A stretch of DNA of 31,766 nucleotides, taken from NCBI GenBank assembly GCA_028709355.1, contig JAQVXF010000001.1, positions 1 to 31,766 of the forward strand, read 5' to 3'. This document shows positions 31,180 to 31,766 of this stretch, one piece after another (position 1 is the first letter of the stretch; each line of letters opens with the position of its first letter). The translations under genes and the position numbers were made by a program. The notes under the pieces were generated by a model. That model was not told the DNA's origin and made no database searches. It saw only the letters and a program-made list of their open reading frames with translations. The stretch is from Syntrophomonas sp. (GTDB lineage: Bacteria; Bacillota; Syntrophomonadia; Syntrophomonadales; Syntrophomonadaceae).

Positions 31180-31765
31180 ATTGTTCCCTCCTTTTGGTAA
31201 ACTCCTGAACGATATCAGGGTACTCTATCCGCTTATGATAGACTCCTCCCAGGACATTGCAGAAGCTGTTCCCCAGCACATCCAGGTCCTTAAAAGTAAG
31301 GTCGCATTCATCCAGTTGGTGGTCGGTCAGTTTATCCCGGATTATCTTGTTGACCATTATCCGGATGTTGTCCAGGTTGGGATTGGGCAGGGAGCGGACC
31401 GCCGCCTCCACTGCATCAGCCAGCATCACCAGGGCCACTTCCTTGGTTTGTGGTTTGGGCCCCTCATATCTAAAGCTTTCCTCGTTCACCATGCCTTCAC
31501 CTTCTTCGGCGATAGCCTGGGTGTAGAAATACTTGGTCAGACTGGTACCGTGATGGCTGGCGATAAAATCGATTATCACCTCAGGCAAATGCGCTTCACG
31601 GGCCAGTTCCACGCCTTCTTTCACATGTGAGATTATTATGAGGGCACTTAAGGCCGGGGCTATCTTGTTGTGTGGTTCGTCATAACCGCGCTGGTTCTCG
31701 ACAAAGTATTCAGGCCGCTTAACTTTGCCGATATCATGGAAATATGAGCCAACCCTGACCAGCAG
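31136..31765 (-). CDS. pgpH: HD-domain phosphohydrolase, PgpH/YqfF-like c-di-AMP phosphodiesterase (3' part, partial)
   Basis: The frame stays open to the window edge: LLVRVGSYFHDIGKVKRPEYFVENQ...SHHGT...FRYEGPKPQTKE...MLADAVEAAVRS...YHKRIEYP. Usual position upstream of ybeY. Confidence 0.88.
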   Translation of the reverse strand: MLVRVGSYFHDIGKVKRPEYFVENQRGYDEPHNKIAPALSALIIISHVKEGVELAREAHLPEVIIDFIASHHGTSLTKYFYTQAIAEEGEGMVNEESFRYEGPKPQTKEVALVMLADAVEAAVRSLPNPNLDNIRIMVNKIIRDKLTDHQLDECDLTFKDLDVLGNSFCNVLGGVYHKRIEYPDIVQEFTKRREQFGNDDLKPADQGGV

Positions 31766-31766
31766 C

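Overview
This window is mostly core chromosome of a Firmicute (Clostridia-like; Syntrophomonadaceae is a guess from gene content), and nearly all of it reads on the minus strand. Reading right to left: a partial HD-phosphohydrolase (pgpH-like), ybeY-dgkA-cdd-era-deoC-recO, a Gly T-box with glyQ-glyS, ccpN-ppsR-ppdK (ppdK is split by a 1-nt frameshift), dgt, dnaG-rpoD, four tRNAs (Asn, Ile2, Glu, Val), an MBL hydrolase, a DegV gene (+), ylxM-ffh-rpsP-khpA-rimM-trmD-SPOUT methylase-rplS, rbgA, an inserted butyryl-CoA:acetate CoA-transferase-like gene, rnhB-yraN and a divergent folD. The most interesting part is the left 3.3 kb, an accessory cell-surface locus. It holds the 3' end of an LPQTG-anchored protein with a tract of at least 43 Asp (missed by the ORF track) and its sortase. 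These converge on a two-gene unit (secreted transglutaminase-like Cys enzyme and secreted CAP protein) whose leader carries two tandem, near-identical c-di-GMP-I riboswitches. I propose, as an inference, that this is a c-di-GMP-gated system for releasing or remodelling surface proteins. All calls come from reading the sequence; no searches or folding programs were run.
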